Positions 20,778-31,352 are shown, numbered from the stretch's first letter. The stretch is 64,000 bases of DNA from an uncultured Acidobacteriota bacterium (GCA_963713825.1 CAVQNG010000003.1:608001-672000); one strand, 5' to 3'. The notes: generated by a model from the letters alone, not told the origin. Numbers and translations are program-made.

Positions 20778-21824
20778 ATGTACGAACCGCCTACTGGTCC
20801 CCGCGGTCGTGGAGCCGCGACCAATCCGCAGAGTCGCTTCGAGAAGCTCGAGGTGGTCGCCGAGGGCGCGCCTCCAGATCGCGTGCCGACGCTGTTCCTG
20901 AGAGACGACAGTCGCTCGATCATCGCTCGCAACGAGAGTCCGGACGTTCCCTTCAATGCCTCCATCAACCCCTATCGTGGCTGTGAGCACGGCTGTATCT
21001 ACTGCTATGCCCGCAACTACCACGAATACCTGGGCTTCTCGGCCGGTCTCGACTTCGAGACCCGAATTCTGGTCAAACAGCAGGCTCCAGAGTTGCTCCG
21101 ACGCGAGCTCGGCTCCGACCGCTGGCGGCCCCAGGTGCTGGGCATCAGTGGAGCTACCGACCCCTATCAACCCATCGAGCGCAAGCTGGAGCTCACCCGC
21201 CGCTGCCTGGAAGTTCTGGTCGATTACCGCAATCCGGCTTCCATCGTCACCAAGAACGCCCTGGTCACGCGCGACGGTGACCTGCTCGGTGACCTGGCTC
21301 GCTACGATGCGGTCTCGGTCGCCTTGTCGATCCCTACTCTCGATGCGGAGTTGGTCAGGGTCATGGAGCCCCGGACGTCCCACCCCCGTGAACGGCTCAA
21401 AGCGATCCGTCGACTGACCGCTCGAGGCATTCCCTGCGGCGTCATGGTCGCACCGGTCATCCCTGGGCTGACCGATCACGAGATCCCAGCTGTCATCGAG
21501 GCAGCGTCCGAAGCTGGCGCCAGCTTCGCGATCTGGTTGATGCTCAAGCTACCAGGGGCTGTCAGTGAGCTCTTTCAGAATTGGTTGGAGGTCCACTATC
21601 CCGACCGCCGAGACAAGGTCCTCAACCGAATCCGCTCTCTGCGTGGCGGCCGCCTGAGCGACAGTCGCTTCGGCAAGCGAATGAGAGGAGAGGGAGCCTT
21701 CACTGAGCAGGTTGCCGCCCTCTTCGACTCGGCCTGCAGACAACACGGCGTGAGCGGCCCTGGCCCGACATTGTCGGTATCCGACTTCCGCCAGGCCGGC
21801 GTCCATCAACTTCCACTTTGGTGA
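20778..21824 (+). CDS. PA0069/Rv2578c-family (SplB-like) radical SAM protein
   Basis: GRGAATNP, SINPYRGCEHGCIYCYAR (CxxxCxxC), TDPYQPIE and APVIPGLTDHE motifs. Confidence 0.92.
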   Translation: MYEPPTGPRGRGAATNPQSRFEKLEVVAEGAPPDRVPTLFLRDDSRSIIARNESPDVPFNASINPYRGCEHGCIYCYARNYHEYLGFSAGLDFETRILVKQQAPELLRRELGSDRWRPQVLGISGATDPYQPIERKLELTRRCLEVLVDYRNPASIVTKNALVTRDGDLLGDLARYDAVSVALSIPTLDAELVRVMEPRTSHPRERLKAIRRLTARGIPCGVMVAPVIPGLTDHEIPAVIEAASEAGASFAIWLMLKLPGAVSELFQNWLEVHYPDRRDKVLNRIRSLRGGRLSDSRFGKRMRGEGAFTEQVAALFDSACRQHGVSGPGPTLSVSDFRQAGVHQLPLW

Positions 21825-21877
21825 CAGGATACGCACTTGAGAAGAACCCGGAACCCCATGGAGAAAGAGGAGCTACG

Positions 21878-23041
21878 ATGACCACCTCACGCAGAGATTT
21901 CGTGCAGCTGTCCCTCCTGGCGGGCGGCGCAGTCGGCCTCGGTCTTGCCGGGCGGGCCCGAGCCGCTCAGAACGAAACAGAGAAAGCCACCACCCCCCTG
22001 AAGATCCTCGTTCTCGGAGGCACCGGGCTGATTGGCCCACCGATGGTCGAGCGCGCGATCGCTCGAGGCCACGAGGTCACGCTCTTCAATCGGGGCAAGA
22101 CCAATACCCACCTCTTCCCAGACCTCGAGAAGCTCAAGGGTGATCGCAATGACGATCTCTCCTCGCTCCAGGCCGAGGTCGATTCCGGCCGCCTCTGGGA
22201 TGCCGTCGTCGACAATACCGCTTCGATCCCTCGCTGGGTCACCGAGTCTGCCGGGCTGCTCGCCAATGCAGCCGACTTCTATCTCTACACCTCTTCCATC
22301 TCCGCCTATGCCGACAGTTCGACTCCTGGCGCCGACGAGACAGCCCCCGTTGGCCAGATCTCACCCGAGGACGAGGCCAAGGTCCTCACAACCAAAGACA
22401 TTACCGGCGAGAACTATGGGCCGCTCAAGGCGCGGTGCGAGGAAGAGGCCCGCAAGGCTTTTCCTGATCGGTGGTGCGTAGTTCGCCCTGGCCTCATCGT
22501 CGGCCCCGGAGACTACTCCGACCGATTCACCTACTGGCCTGTCCGGATTCACGAAGGCGGAGAGGTCATGGCGCCCGGCAACCCATCCGACCCGGTGCAG
22601 TTCGTCGACTGCCGGGATCTAGGCGAGTGGTATGTCCGGCTGGTCGAGACTGGCACGACCGGCGACTTCAACGGCGTCGGACCGCGCTCGCCGATGAGTA
22701 TCGCCGGCATGCTCTACGGTATTCGCGCCACGGTCGACAACGAGATCTCCTTCACCTGGGTCGATGCCGACTTCCTCGAGGCCAACGAGGTCCAGGCGTG
22801 GATGCATATGACAGTGTGGGTGCCTCCCATCGGTGAGTATGCCGGCTTCAGCTCGTCGAACATCGACCGGGCACTGGCAGCGGGGCTCACGTTTCGGCCC
22901 CTGGCCGACACCGCCGCAGCCACCGTCGAATTTTGGAACTCTCTTCCCGAGGACCGACGAGCCAATCCCAAGGCCGGCTGCCCTCCGGAGCTCGAAGCCA
23001 AGGTGCTAGAAGCCTGGCACGCGAGGGAATCGTTGGGCTGA
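21878..23041 (+). CDS. NAD-dependent epimerase/dehydratase (atypical SDR) with a twin-arginine signal peptide
   Basis: MTTSRRDFVQLSLLAGGAVGLG...ARAA Tat signal; LVLGGTGLIG, FNRGKT, YGPLK and RPGLIVGP motifs. Confidence 0.88.
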   Translation: MTTSRRDFVQLSLLAGGAVGLGLAGRARAAQNETEKATTPLKILVLGGTGLIGPPMVERAIARGHEVTLFNRGKTNTHLFPDLEKLKGDRNDDLSSLQAEVDSGRLWDAVVDNTASIPRWVTESAGLLANAADFYLYTSSISAYADSSTPGADETAPVGQISPEDEAKVLTTKDITGENYGPLKARCEEEARKAFPDRWCVVRPGLIVGPGDYSDRFTYWPVRIHEGGEVMAPGNPSDPVQFVDCRDLGEWYVRLVETGTTGDFNGVGPRSPMSIAGMLYGIRATVDNEISFTWVDADFLEANEVQAWMHMTVWVPPIGEYAGFSSSNIDRALAAGLTFRPLADTAAATVEFWNSLPEDRRANPKAGCPPELEAKVLEAWHARESLG

Positions 23042-23098
23042 CTACCCGCAGGTAACGGGGAATTCGCCGCGTCGAGTCACTCGCGGTCCAGGATATCC

Positions 23099-24406
23099 AT
23101 GGGCTTTCTGAATCGGATTGTCGCCGTCGAAGACAAAGAGGTCCGGCCCATGCTCTGGGCCACCCTCTACTACTTCCTCGTGTTGGCGGCCTACTTCGTC
23201 ATCCGTCCCATCCGGGACGAAGCCGGCGTTGCCGGTGGTGTGCGCAATCTGCCCTGGCTTTTTCTGGGCACACTGCTCGGCATGCTGCTCATCCATCCTC
23301 TGTTCGCGGCGCTTGTCTCGCGGCTGCCGCGGAATCGGTTCATTCCCCTCACTTACGCCTTCTTCGCTCTCAACCTCGTCGTCTTCTGGGTCTTCTTCCA
23401 ATCGTTGACGCAAGAGGAGGGAATCTGGGTCGGCCGCATCTTCTGGGTCTGGACCAGTGTCTTCAACCTCTTCGTGGTGTCGATCTTCTGGTCGTTGATG
23501 GCTGATCTCTTTCGGCCCGCTCAGGCCTCCCGGCTGTTCGGCTTCGTCGCGGTCGGTGGCACCATCGGAGCCGCCGTCGGCTCGACTACAACCGCCTTTC
23601 TAGCCAGCCGTATCACACCAACTCACCTCCTTCTCGTCTCGGCGGTGTTGCTGGTTCTTGCCATGCTGGCAGCTCGCCAGCTCGCCAGTTCGGCCTCCGG
23701 AGCGGAGGAGCAAGAGCCCATCGGTTCCGATTCGGCCGCTAATGAGCCCGTCGGCGGCGGCCTGCTCGATGGAATCCGTCTCGTCCTCTCGTCGAAGTAC
23801 CTTCTCGGGATCGTCGGCTACATGTTGCTCTACACGATCACCGCGACGTTCCTCTACTTCCAGCAGGCCGAGGTCGTCGAGGTGAGCTTCACCGACCGGG
23901 CCGCTCGCACCGTCTTCTTCGCCCGCATCGATGTGGTGGTCAACAGCCTCACCGCACTGATCCAGATCTTTTTCTCTGGCCGCATCATTCGGCAGCTGGG
24001 CATCGCACTCTCCCTTGCGGCCCTTCCCCTGGTCTGCGTTCTCGGTTTCGCCGCCGTCGGGATTGCTCCGACCCTGGTAGCCATCGCGGTCTTCCAGATT
24101 CTGCGACGAACCAGCAACTACGCGATCGCCCGCCCCTGTCGCGAGATGCTGTATACCGTGCTGCCGCGGAACGCGAAGTACAAGGCGAAGAACTTCATCG
24201 ACACGTTTGTCTATCGGGCCGGCGACCAGGTGGGAGCCTGGTCCTACGCGGGATTGGGCGCTCTGGGATTCGGGGCCGCAGCCATCTCTCTCGTCGCGTT
24301 ACCTCTCGCCGCTGTCTGGCTCGGCATCGGGCTGTGGCTTGGCCGGCGGCAGACGTCTCTCGCCAACACTGAAAAGTCGAGTATTCTCGCTTCGAAATCA
24401 CCATAG
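23099..24406 (+). CDS. MFS transporter, NTP/NDP exchange (TLC/Npt-like) group
   Basis: YFVIRPIRD, FNLFVVSIFWSLMAD...RLFG and RPCREMLYT...KYKAKNFIDTFVYRAGD motifs. Confidence 0.85.
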   Translation: MGFLNRIVAVEDKEVRPMLWATLYYFLVLAAYFVIRPIRDEAGVAGGVRNLPWLFLGTLLGMLLIHPLFAALVSRLPRNRFIPLTYAFFALNLVVFWVFFQSLTQEEGIWVGRIFWVWTSVFNLFVVSIFWSLMADLFRPAQASRLFGFVAVGGTIGAAVGSTTTAFLASRITPTHLLLVSAVLLVLAMLAARQLASSASGAEEQEPIGSDSAANEPVGGGLLDGIRLVLSSKYLLGIVGYMLLYTITATFLYFQQAEVVEVSFTDRAARTVFFARIDVVVNSLTALIQIFFSGRIIRQLGIALSLAALPLVCVLGFAAVGIAPTLVAIAVFQILRRTSNYAIARPCREMLYTVLPRNAKYKAKNFIDTFVYRAGDQVGAWSYAGLGALGFGAAAISLVALPLAAVWLGIGLWLGRRQTSLANTEKSSILASKSP

Positions 24407-24416
24407 GAGAGCTCAG

Positions 24417-24887
24417 ATGGCCATCCAAGAAGGCAAGGCAGCACCGGCATTCACACTGGTGAATCAAGACGGCGAGAAGATCTCGCTCAAGGAGCTTCGC
24501 GGCCAGAATGTCATCGTCTACTTCTATCCAAGAGATGACACTCCCGGTTGCACCAAAGAGGCCTGCGGCTTCCGCGACTTCAACAAGGAGATCCAGGCAC
24601 TCGACACAGTGATCCTAGGCGTCTCGCCAGACAGCCCGGAGAGTCACCAGAAGTTCATCGACAAGTACTCACTCAACTTCGACCTGCTCTCCGACCCCGA
24701 CCGCAAGGTCATGGGCCGTTACGAGGCCTTCGGTGAGAAGAAGATGTACGGCAAGACCGTACAGGGGGTGATTCGATCCACTGTCTGGATCGGTCCCGAC
24801 GGCAAGGTGAAGAAGCATTGGCGACGGGTCCCCAAAGCGGCGGACCACCCTGAGAAGGTTCTGCAGGCCCTTCAGGCCGCGACCTAA
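24417..24887 (+). CDS. bcp: Thioredoxin-dependent thiol peroxidase Bcp
   Basis: YFYPRDDTPGCTKEACGFRD; AGGAG RBS before ATG 24417. Confidence 0.92.
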   Translation: MAIQEGKAAPAFTLVNQDGEKISLKELRGQNVIVYFYPRDDTPGCTKEACGFRDFNKEIQALDTVILGVSPDSPESHQKFIDKYSLNFDLLSDPDRKVMGRYEAFGEKKMYGKTVQGVIRSTVWIGPDGKVKKHWRRVPKAADHPEKVLQALQAAT

Positions 24888-25969
24888 CCGGCGGGCGAGC
24901 CCGCAACATCGGCCCCGGAGGCGATGCTCACCGCCTGCCCTGGCCGCAGGCGTTCGCCGCCACGCACCACAATCTTGTCGCCCGAACCCAGGTCTCCACG
25001 CACTTCGATGAGGGAGTCGTGACCCATGCCTGTCAACACCGTCACCTTCTCGGCTGTGCCGTCATCCGTGACCTTGTAGACATAGATCCCCTCGCTGCGG
25101 AGGATCAAGGCATCCCGGGGGACAGCGAGAACTCGCCGCGATTCGTCGGTCGGCAAAGCAACCCGCACCGCAGTACCGATGATGGAAGGCTCCGTGTCCA
25201 CAGCCACCCGAATCTCGAACATGCGCGAGCGCTGATCTCCAACGGAGATAATCCGCCGCAGCTTGCCCTGCACTTCGCGACCCTCCGCCTCTACCATGAC
25301 CGGCATTCCTTCGCTCAAGTGAGGAGCGACTGACAGCGGTGCCTGGGCGAGCACCTCGACCTCTGCCGTATCGACCAGGAAGACTACTTCCTCGCCCACC
25401 GAACTGTAGCTTCCAGGCTGCTGCAGGCGACGCACGACCTCACCGGCAAAGGGGGCCTTCACCTTGGTGCGATCCAACTCGTAGAGCGTTCTCTCCTGGG
25501 CGACTTTGGCTTGCACCAACTCCTGCTCGACCGCCTGATGCTGCGACTGCGCCTCCTCCAAGTCGTTGGCCGGAACGACCTGCTGCTCGGTCAACCGGAC
25601 CAGACGCTCCAACTGCTGCTCGAGATAGTTCAGCTGTGCTTCCAGCCGCTTGATGGTGGCGGCATCGTTTCTCAGCTGGAGCTGCAGAGAAGCGTCGTCG
25701 ATGCGCGCCACCGCCTGGCCCCTCTCGAGTCGATCTCCGACATCGGCAACCCAGGTCAGCTGACCTGCGACCTGGGTGGCAATGGGAGCGACATTGCGGC
25801 TGACTACGGTGCCCGGTACCCACAGGTAGGGAGCCATGTCCTGCTCCAGCGCGTAGCCCACATGCACCGGCGCGGGAGGTGGACCTTCCTGTCCCAGGAT
25901 GGGTCCTGTTGCGAGAAGAATCAACGCCAAGGTGCAGAGGAATCCGGCGATTTGTCTCTTGATCGACAT
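24884..25969 (-). CDS. RND efflux periplasmic adaptor subunit
   Basis: Signal peptide, lipoyl half-motifs (VGDRLERGQ, KAPFAGEV), coiled coil, AVPRDAL, GDKIVVRG. Confidence 0.9.
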   Translation of the reverse strand: MSIKRQIAGFLCTLALILLATGPILGQEGPPPAPVHVGYALEQDMAPYLWVPGTVVSRNVAPIATQVAGQLTWVADVGDRLERGQAVARIDDASLQLQLRNDAATIKRLEAQLNYLEQQLERLVRLTEQQVVPANDLEEAQSQHQAVEQELVQAKVAQERTLYELDRTKVKAPFAGEVVRRLQQPGSYSSVGEEVVFLVDTAEVEVLAQAPLSVAPHLSEGMPVMVEAEGREVQGKLRRIISVGDQRSRMFEIRVAVDTEPSIIGTAVRVALPTDESRRVLAVPRDALILRSEGIYVYKVTDDGTAEKVTVLTGMGHDSLIEVRGDLGSGDKIVVRGGERLRPGQAVSIASGADVAGSPAG

Positions 25970-25999
25970 GGGTCTAAGCTCCAGTCTCTCGTCCTCGAG

Positions 26000-28900
26000 T
26001 CATGAGACCTGCCGCAGATCGACAGGCTCGGTCTTGTCTTCTTGTCTGGGCAACCGTGCAACACGGGCCGGTTCACCGAGCCTCAAGAGACTCGGCAGGA
26101 GTAGCAGTGTGAAAATCGTGCTGACGCTCATTCCACCGACGATCACCACGGCGAGACCGCGGTAGATGGCGCTGCCAGCGCCCGGCATGAGCAGCAACGG
26201 CAACATGCCGAAGATGCTGGTCAGCGTGCTCATGAAGATGGGCCGCATCCGGAGGCGAAGTGCCTGGGAGACCGCACCGCGACGACTGATTCCTTCGCGT
26301 TCAGCGGTCCGCGTCTGATGCACCAGCAGAATCGCGTTGTTGACCACCAGACCCAGCAGAATGATGAAGCCGATCATGGTCAACAGATCCAGCGGCTGGA
26401 AGGTCAACAGGTTCAGCAACCGGAGCGCCACGACTCCACCGACGGTTGCCAGAGGGATCGCCAGTACGACCAGCAGGCTGTCTCGCATGGACCCGAACAG
26501 GGCGCTCATCAGCAGGAAGAGAACCAACAACGCCACCAAGAAGTTCTCGGTCATGTTTCTGACGGCGTTGCGCAAGCTGTCGGCACCACCGCCATACTGA
26601 ACTACTCCGTCGGCAGGCAACAGAGCCTGAATCTCCGGCTCCACATCCTCCTGCAAGGCAGTCAGTGTTTCCTCGAGCGACAGACCTTCGGGCGGCGTGA
26701 CATTGAGGGTGACGGTTCGTCGTCGGTCGATCCGGTGCAGGCTGCTCGGGCCCACGGTGCGCTCGATGTCCACCAGCTCGCCGATTTGGACTACGCCGCC
26801 CGCCGGTGTCGCAACCGGAATGCCAGCCAGCTCTTCGGGATTGCTCCAACCGTCGGCACGCAGGATGATGTCCATTCGCTTCTCACCATCGAAGTGCTCA
26901 CCAACGAATAGGCCATCGCCCATTGCGCGCACGATGCCAGCCACTCTGGCTCGGGTCCACCCCACCTCGAGGATGCGTCGGTCATCGGGGTGGAGTCGGA
27001 GCTCGGGCTCTGCCATCTCGGTTCCGGGCCAGGCCTGCACCTGCGCTCCGGGGATCGCCTCTTGCACCCGCTCCATGCCGACCCGCGCTGTGTCCAATAG
27101 CGTCTCGACGTCGGCGGACTGCAGATGCATGGCGATGTTCCGGCCACCTCCGAAACCCCCGAAGAGGTTGCCCTGAAAGACGAAAGCCTGTGTGTCCGGA
27201 AATCCGGTCACCACCTCATCTCGGACGATGGCTTCGAGCTCTTTGACTCGACCCTGATCCTTCGCCCGTACGCCGATCGTGCCGCCACCGGGCCAGAGGA
27301 GAACGTAGTAGTTCTTGAGCGCCGGCTCCTTGTCCCCGTCCATGTAGGGGCGCAACCGCTCGACCATGACGTCGATGATCTCGGTCTCGATCGTCTCGAT
27401 GTTCGCTCCCGGTGGAAAGTTGAAATAGGCATCGACCGCGTCCCGCTTCACAGGCGGCAGGTAGTCGAGCTTGGGGATCAGCATCCAGGTCGTGATCAGC
27501 GGAATCGACATCAGCAGAACGATGAGCACCAGGCGGCGAACAGGTGGGTCCGTCAGTCGGGTAATCCCCTCGGCCAGCCGATTCCAGAAGGCAGCGTGGG
27601 TGTCCTCCAAACCCTTCTTCGGCAGCCACTTCTTGGCGGCCGCCGGCAGGATCGTCACGGCCACCAGAAGGGAAATCGACACTGCAATTGCAATGGTCAG
27701 GGCCAGGTCGGCGAAGAGCTGTCCCTCTACATCCTTGAGGAAGATCACCGGCAGAAAAATCGCTACCGTTGTGGCCGTCGAGGCCAGCAATGCTCCCCAC
27801 ACCTGACTGCTGCCCAGGGCAGCGCTCTCATGGGCGTCGTGCCCCTCTTCCCGCAGACGGACAATGTTCTCCAACACTACGATCGCCGCGTCCAGCACCA
27901 TTCCGACCGCGAAGGCGAGACCCGCCAATGAGATGACATTGAGGGTCCTGTCGGCCAGATTGAGCACCACGAATGTGCCCAACAGCGAGATGGGGATGGC
28001 CATGGCCACCAACAGGGTGGCCCGAATGCGACGCAGGAACCACCAGAGAATCCCCACGGCCAGAACAATGCCGAGCATCAAATTGCTGGTCACCAGACCG
28101 ATGGCCCGATAGATGAACACCGAAGCGTCGAAGCTCTGAGCGATGGTCAGACCCTGCTCCGCGAGTGGCCCGTCCCGGAGCTCGGCCACCACTGCCTTGA
28201 CGTTGTTCAGAGCCTCCAGGACATTGGCACCGCTTTCCCGGTCGACGCGAATCGCCATGGCCGGATTGTTGTTCTGCAGGGCATAGTTGGTGGTGTCACC
28301 GCGACGAATCTCGATGTCGGCCACATCGCCCAGCTGAACCGGGCGGCCATCCCGCCACTCGATGACCAGGGCGGCCAGCTCCTCGGGCTTGTACCGACCC
28401 GCAAACCGCAGCGTGTATTGGCGACGGCCGACATCCACGAAACCACCGGAAACGTCGTCTGCACCGCCGGCAATGGCGGCCAGCTCTGGGATCTGGACCC
28501 CCAGCTGGGCGGCCCGGTAGGGGTCGAAGCGGATCTGCAGCTCCTCTGGAGCTCCGGCCATGACCTCGACGCCCGCGACACCAGGCACGGTCTCGATGCG
28601 CGTCGCCACCACGTCATCGACGAATCGCTGGTAGCTCTCGATGGGGCGGTTGTTGCCGGGCAGCAGCTGGATGAAGAACCAACTCAAAGCCTGGTTGGCG
28701 CCGCCGCCACCACCACCGCCGAGTTGGAGCACCGGCGGATCGGCGTCTCTCGGGAGGGGAGGCAGCCGATTGAGCCGGCTGATCACCTCGATGACCGTCT
28801 CCTGCATATCGGTCTCGAGATCGAAGGTCAGGTTGATCCAACTGCCACCCGGATTGGCGTTGGCGTTCATCTCCTGCAGGCCCGGTAGACCCTCCAGAAC

Positions 28901-29107
28901 GTCCTCTTGCGGCTCGAGGAGCTCGGATTCCACCTCACTGGGCGAAGCGGCCCGCCAGCCGGTCCAGATGGAGATCTGCGGCCGCTCGATATCGGGAAAC
29001 AGTTGCACCGGCAGCTTTGCCAGACTGAACATCCCAAAAACGATGATGATGGCGACGCCGACCGCCACTCCAGACGGGTTCCTGAGAGACATCTTGGTGA
29101 GATTCAT
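26000..29107 (-). CDS. RND efflux permease (AcrB/AcrD/AcrF family)
   Basis: LPVQLFPDI, GMVLDAAIVVLENI, GLVVNNAILL and RMRPIFMSTLTSIFGMLPL motifs. Confidence 0.93.
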   Translation of the reverse strand: MNLTKMSLRNPSGVAVGVAIIIVFGMFSLAKLPVQLFPDIERPQISIWTGWRAASPSEVESELLEPQEDVLEGLPGLQEMNANANPGGSWINLTFDLETDMQETVIEVISRLNRLPPLPRDADPPVLQLGGGGGGGANQALSWFFIQLLPGNNRPIESYQRFVDDVVATRIETVPGVAGVEVMAGAPEELQIRFDPYRAAQLGVQIPELAAIAGGADDVSGGFVDVGRRQYTLRFAGRYKPEELAALVIEWRDGRPVQLGDVADIEIRRGDTTNYALQNNNPAMAIRVDRESGANVLEALNNVKAVVAELRDGPLAEQGLTIAQSFDASVFIYRAIGLVTSNLMLGIVLAVGILWWFLRRIRATLLVAMAIPISLLGTFVVLNLADRTLNVISLAGLAFAVGMVLDAAIVVLENIVRLREEGHDAHESAALGSSQVWGALLASTATTVAIFLPVIFLKDVEGQLFADLALTIAIAVSISLLVAVTILPAAAKKWLPKKGLEDTHAAFWNRLAEGITRLTDPPVRRLVLIVLLMSIPLITTWMLIPKLDYLPPVKRDAVDAYFNFPPGANIETIETEIIDVMVERLRPYMDGDKEPALKNYYVLLWPGGGTIGVRAKDQGRVKELEAIVRDEVVTGFPDTQAFVFQGNLFGGFGGGRNIAMHLQSADVETLLDTARVGMERVQEAIPGAQVQAWPGTEMAEPELRLHPDDRRILEVGWTRARVAGIVRAMGDGLFVGEHFDGEKRMDIILRADGWSNPEELAGIPVATPAGGVVQIGELVDIERTVGPSSLHRIDRRRTVTLNVTPPEGLSLEETLTALQEDVEPEIQALLPADGVVQYGGGADSLRNAVRNMTENFLVALLVLFLLMSALFGSMRDSLLVVLAIPLATVGGVVALRLLNLLTFQPLDLLTMIGFIILLGLVVNNAILLVHQTRTAEREGISRRGAVSQALRLRMRPIFMSTLTSIFGMLPLLLMPGAGSAIYRGLAVVIVGGMSVSTIFTLLLLPSLLRLGEPARVARLPRQEDKTEPVDLRQVS

Positions 29108-29354
29108 GGAGTCAGAGCCCTCCTGGCCCGCTGGCAACAAGTGGCTAGACCGCCCATCGGCAGCTGGTTCATGACAGACAGTTACGGAGGAATCCCGCTA
29201 AAGGTTGCCTAATCTCGCGGTTGCCTGCTTCCAGCCGGGTGAGTCCTGGGCGTGGCCTGTGAGAGGATAGTCACGCACCCGAGCTCAACACCCACAACCC
29301 GACCGGGCTCGACCCCGAGTCCAAGGCCGAGACGATGAAAGGAGATGGAAAGCC

Positions 29355-30092
29355 ATGACGGAAAGCGGAGCCGGCGAGCAATTACGCTGCCCACGCTGTG
29401 GCCATCTGGCTGCGGAGGGTGACAAGTTCTGCGCCGAATGTGGCATGTTCCTGCGCGATGCGTTCACCGATCAGCGCCTTCTGCTGGCTCTGGTCCACGA
29501 CAAGGAAGGGCGCAGCAAGGAGGCACGGCACGAGCTCGAGCGACTGCTGGAGCTGGAGCCGGATCATGCTCTCGCCAATCATTTGTTGGGCAACCTCTAT
29601 TTCCACCAGGGCACCCTCGAGCTGGCCATCGAGCGCTATGAGAGGGCCCTGGCGGCGGCACCCGAATTCGTCCTCGGTCACTACGACCTGGGCGTGGCGT
29701 GGTATCACCGCGGCAATATGCCGCAGTCGATTCGAGCTTTTCGGAGCTGCCTGGAGATCGATCCCCATTACAACGCGGCCCATTACCGGCTAGCGTTGGC
29801 GCTGTTTCACGCCGGACAGCTCGATGAAGCCCTCGAACACTTCGAGCAGGCCATCACCTTGACGCCCGAGTACCTCATGGCCAACTACCATCTCGGCGTC
29901 ATTCACGAGCGTCTTGATGAGTTACCGGCCGCCGAGCGCTCCTTCCGTCGGAGTATCGACGAGGCGGTAGGCGAGGTAAGCAGCCTCTATCACCTGGCAA
30001 TGCTCTTCAAAGCCCGCGGCGACGATGCGCAGGCCGAAGATCTGCTCGAGAGCGCCCGGGAATTCGGCAGCAAATACAAGATCAACGACTAG
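29355..30092 (+). CDS. TPR protein with N-terminal zinc ribbon
   Basis: CPRCG...FCAECG followed by several TPR repeats; AAGGAG RBS. Confidence 0.85.
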   Translation: MTESGAGEQLRCPRCGHLAAEGDKFCAECGMFLRDAFTDQRLLLALVHDKEGRSKEARHELERLLELEPDHALANHLLGNLYFHQGTLELAIERYERALAAAPEFVLGHYDLGVAWYHRGNMPQSIRAFRSCLEIDPHYNAAHYRLALALFHAGQLDEALEHFEQAITLTPEYLMANYHLGVIHERLDELPAAERSFRRSIDEAVGEVSSLYHLAMLFKARGDDAQAEDLLESAREFGSKYKIND

Positions 30093-30109
30093 TCAGCGAG
30101 CCGTATACC

Positions 30110-31352
30110 TTGACCCGCCCCGAAGAGACCGACCTCATCCACGACTGGGCTGCAGACGGACCCCACCGCGCAGCGTGGCCGGACCACGTGATGTTGGATG
30201 ACGAGACCCTGCGGGACGGCCTGCAGAGCCCGTCGGTCACCGATCCGGGGCTCGAGGTCAAGGTCGAGCTGCTTCATCTGATGGACTCGTTGGGTATCGA
30301 GACCGTCGATGTCGGCCTACCGGGCGCTGGGCCGCGACAAGTCGAAGCCGTGACGCGCTTGTGCCGAGAAATAGTCGACCAGAAGCTCAGCATTCGTCCC
30401 AATTGCGCCGCCAGGACCCTGATGGTCGACATCCAGCCCATCGCCGAGATCTCTCAGCGCACGGGGATCCCGATCGAGGCCTGCGTCTTCATCGGCAGCA
30501 GCCCGATCCGGCTCTATGCCGAGGAATGGGACCTGAATCACATCCTGCGCCACACCACCGAGGCGGTGAGCTTCGCAGTGAGCGAGGGCTTGCCGGTGAT
30601 GTACGTCACCGAGGACACCATCCGCGCTTCACCGGAGCACTTGCGCGTTCTATCTGACTGCCGCCGTCGATGCCGGGGCACAGCGGGTCTGCTTGTGCGA
30701 CACGGTGGGCGCGGCCGTTCCCGAAGGGGTCATGAATCTCGTCACCTGGGTTCGTGACTTGCTCGACGAGGCGGGTGGCGACATCGGGATCGACTGGCAC
30801 GGCCATCGGGATCGAGCCCTGGATGTCGCCAACACCCTGGCGGCCATCAAGGCGGGCGCCAGCCGGGTTCACGGCACGGCCTTGGGAATTGGCGAGCGGG
30901 TCGGCAACACTCCCATCGAGCAGATCCTGGTCAATCTCAAGTTGCTCGGCGTCCGCCACGACGACCTCACACACCTTTCCGAGTACCTGGAACTGGTTGC
31001 CAAGGCGACGGGAATGCCCATACCCATCGGGACGCCCATCATCGGCCGGGACGCCTTTCGAACGGCCACCGGCGTCCACGCCGCGGCGGTCATCAAAGCC
31101 CAGAGGAAGGGAGATGCCTGGCTGGCCGATCGGATCTACTCGGGGGTACCGGCGAGTTGGATCGGCCGGGAGCAGGAGATCGAAATCGGCCACATGTCGG
31201 GCATGTCCAACGTACAGCACTACCTGGAGTCTCGAGGTCTGGACAGCTCCCACGAAATAGCCCAAGCCGTCCTACAAGCTGCCAAGAAGTCAGCCCGCGT
31301 GCTTGCCGAAGAAGAGATCCTGGAGATCGTTCACTCCCACCTGAAAGAGTAG
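30110..31352 (+). pseudogene. 2-isopropylmalate/homocitrate synthase-like (DRE-TIM) enzyme lacking the regulatory domain; frameshifted near 30650
   Basis: DETLRDGLQ and VTEDT in frame A continue as CLCDTVG, HGHRDR, GIGERVGN and TATGVHA in frame B; junction GTTCTATCTGACT. Confidence 0.8.

Noticed and set aside
30640-30660. Programmed ribosomal frameshifting at the split genes
   Set aside because: No canonical slippery heptamer here or at about 49365; three unrelated single indels in 64 kb are more simply explained by assembly error or decay
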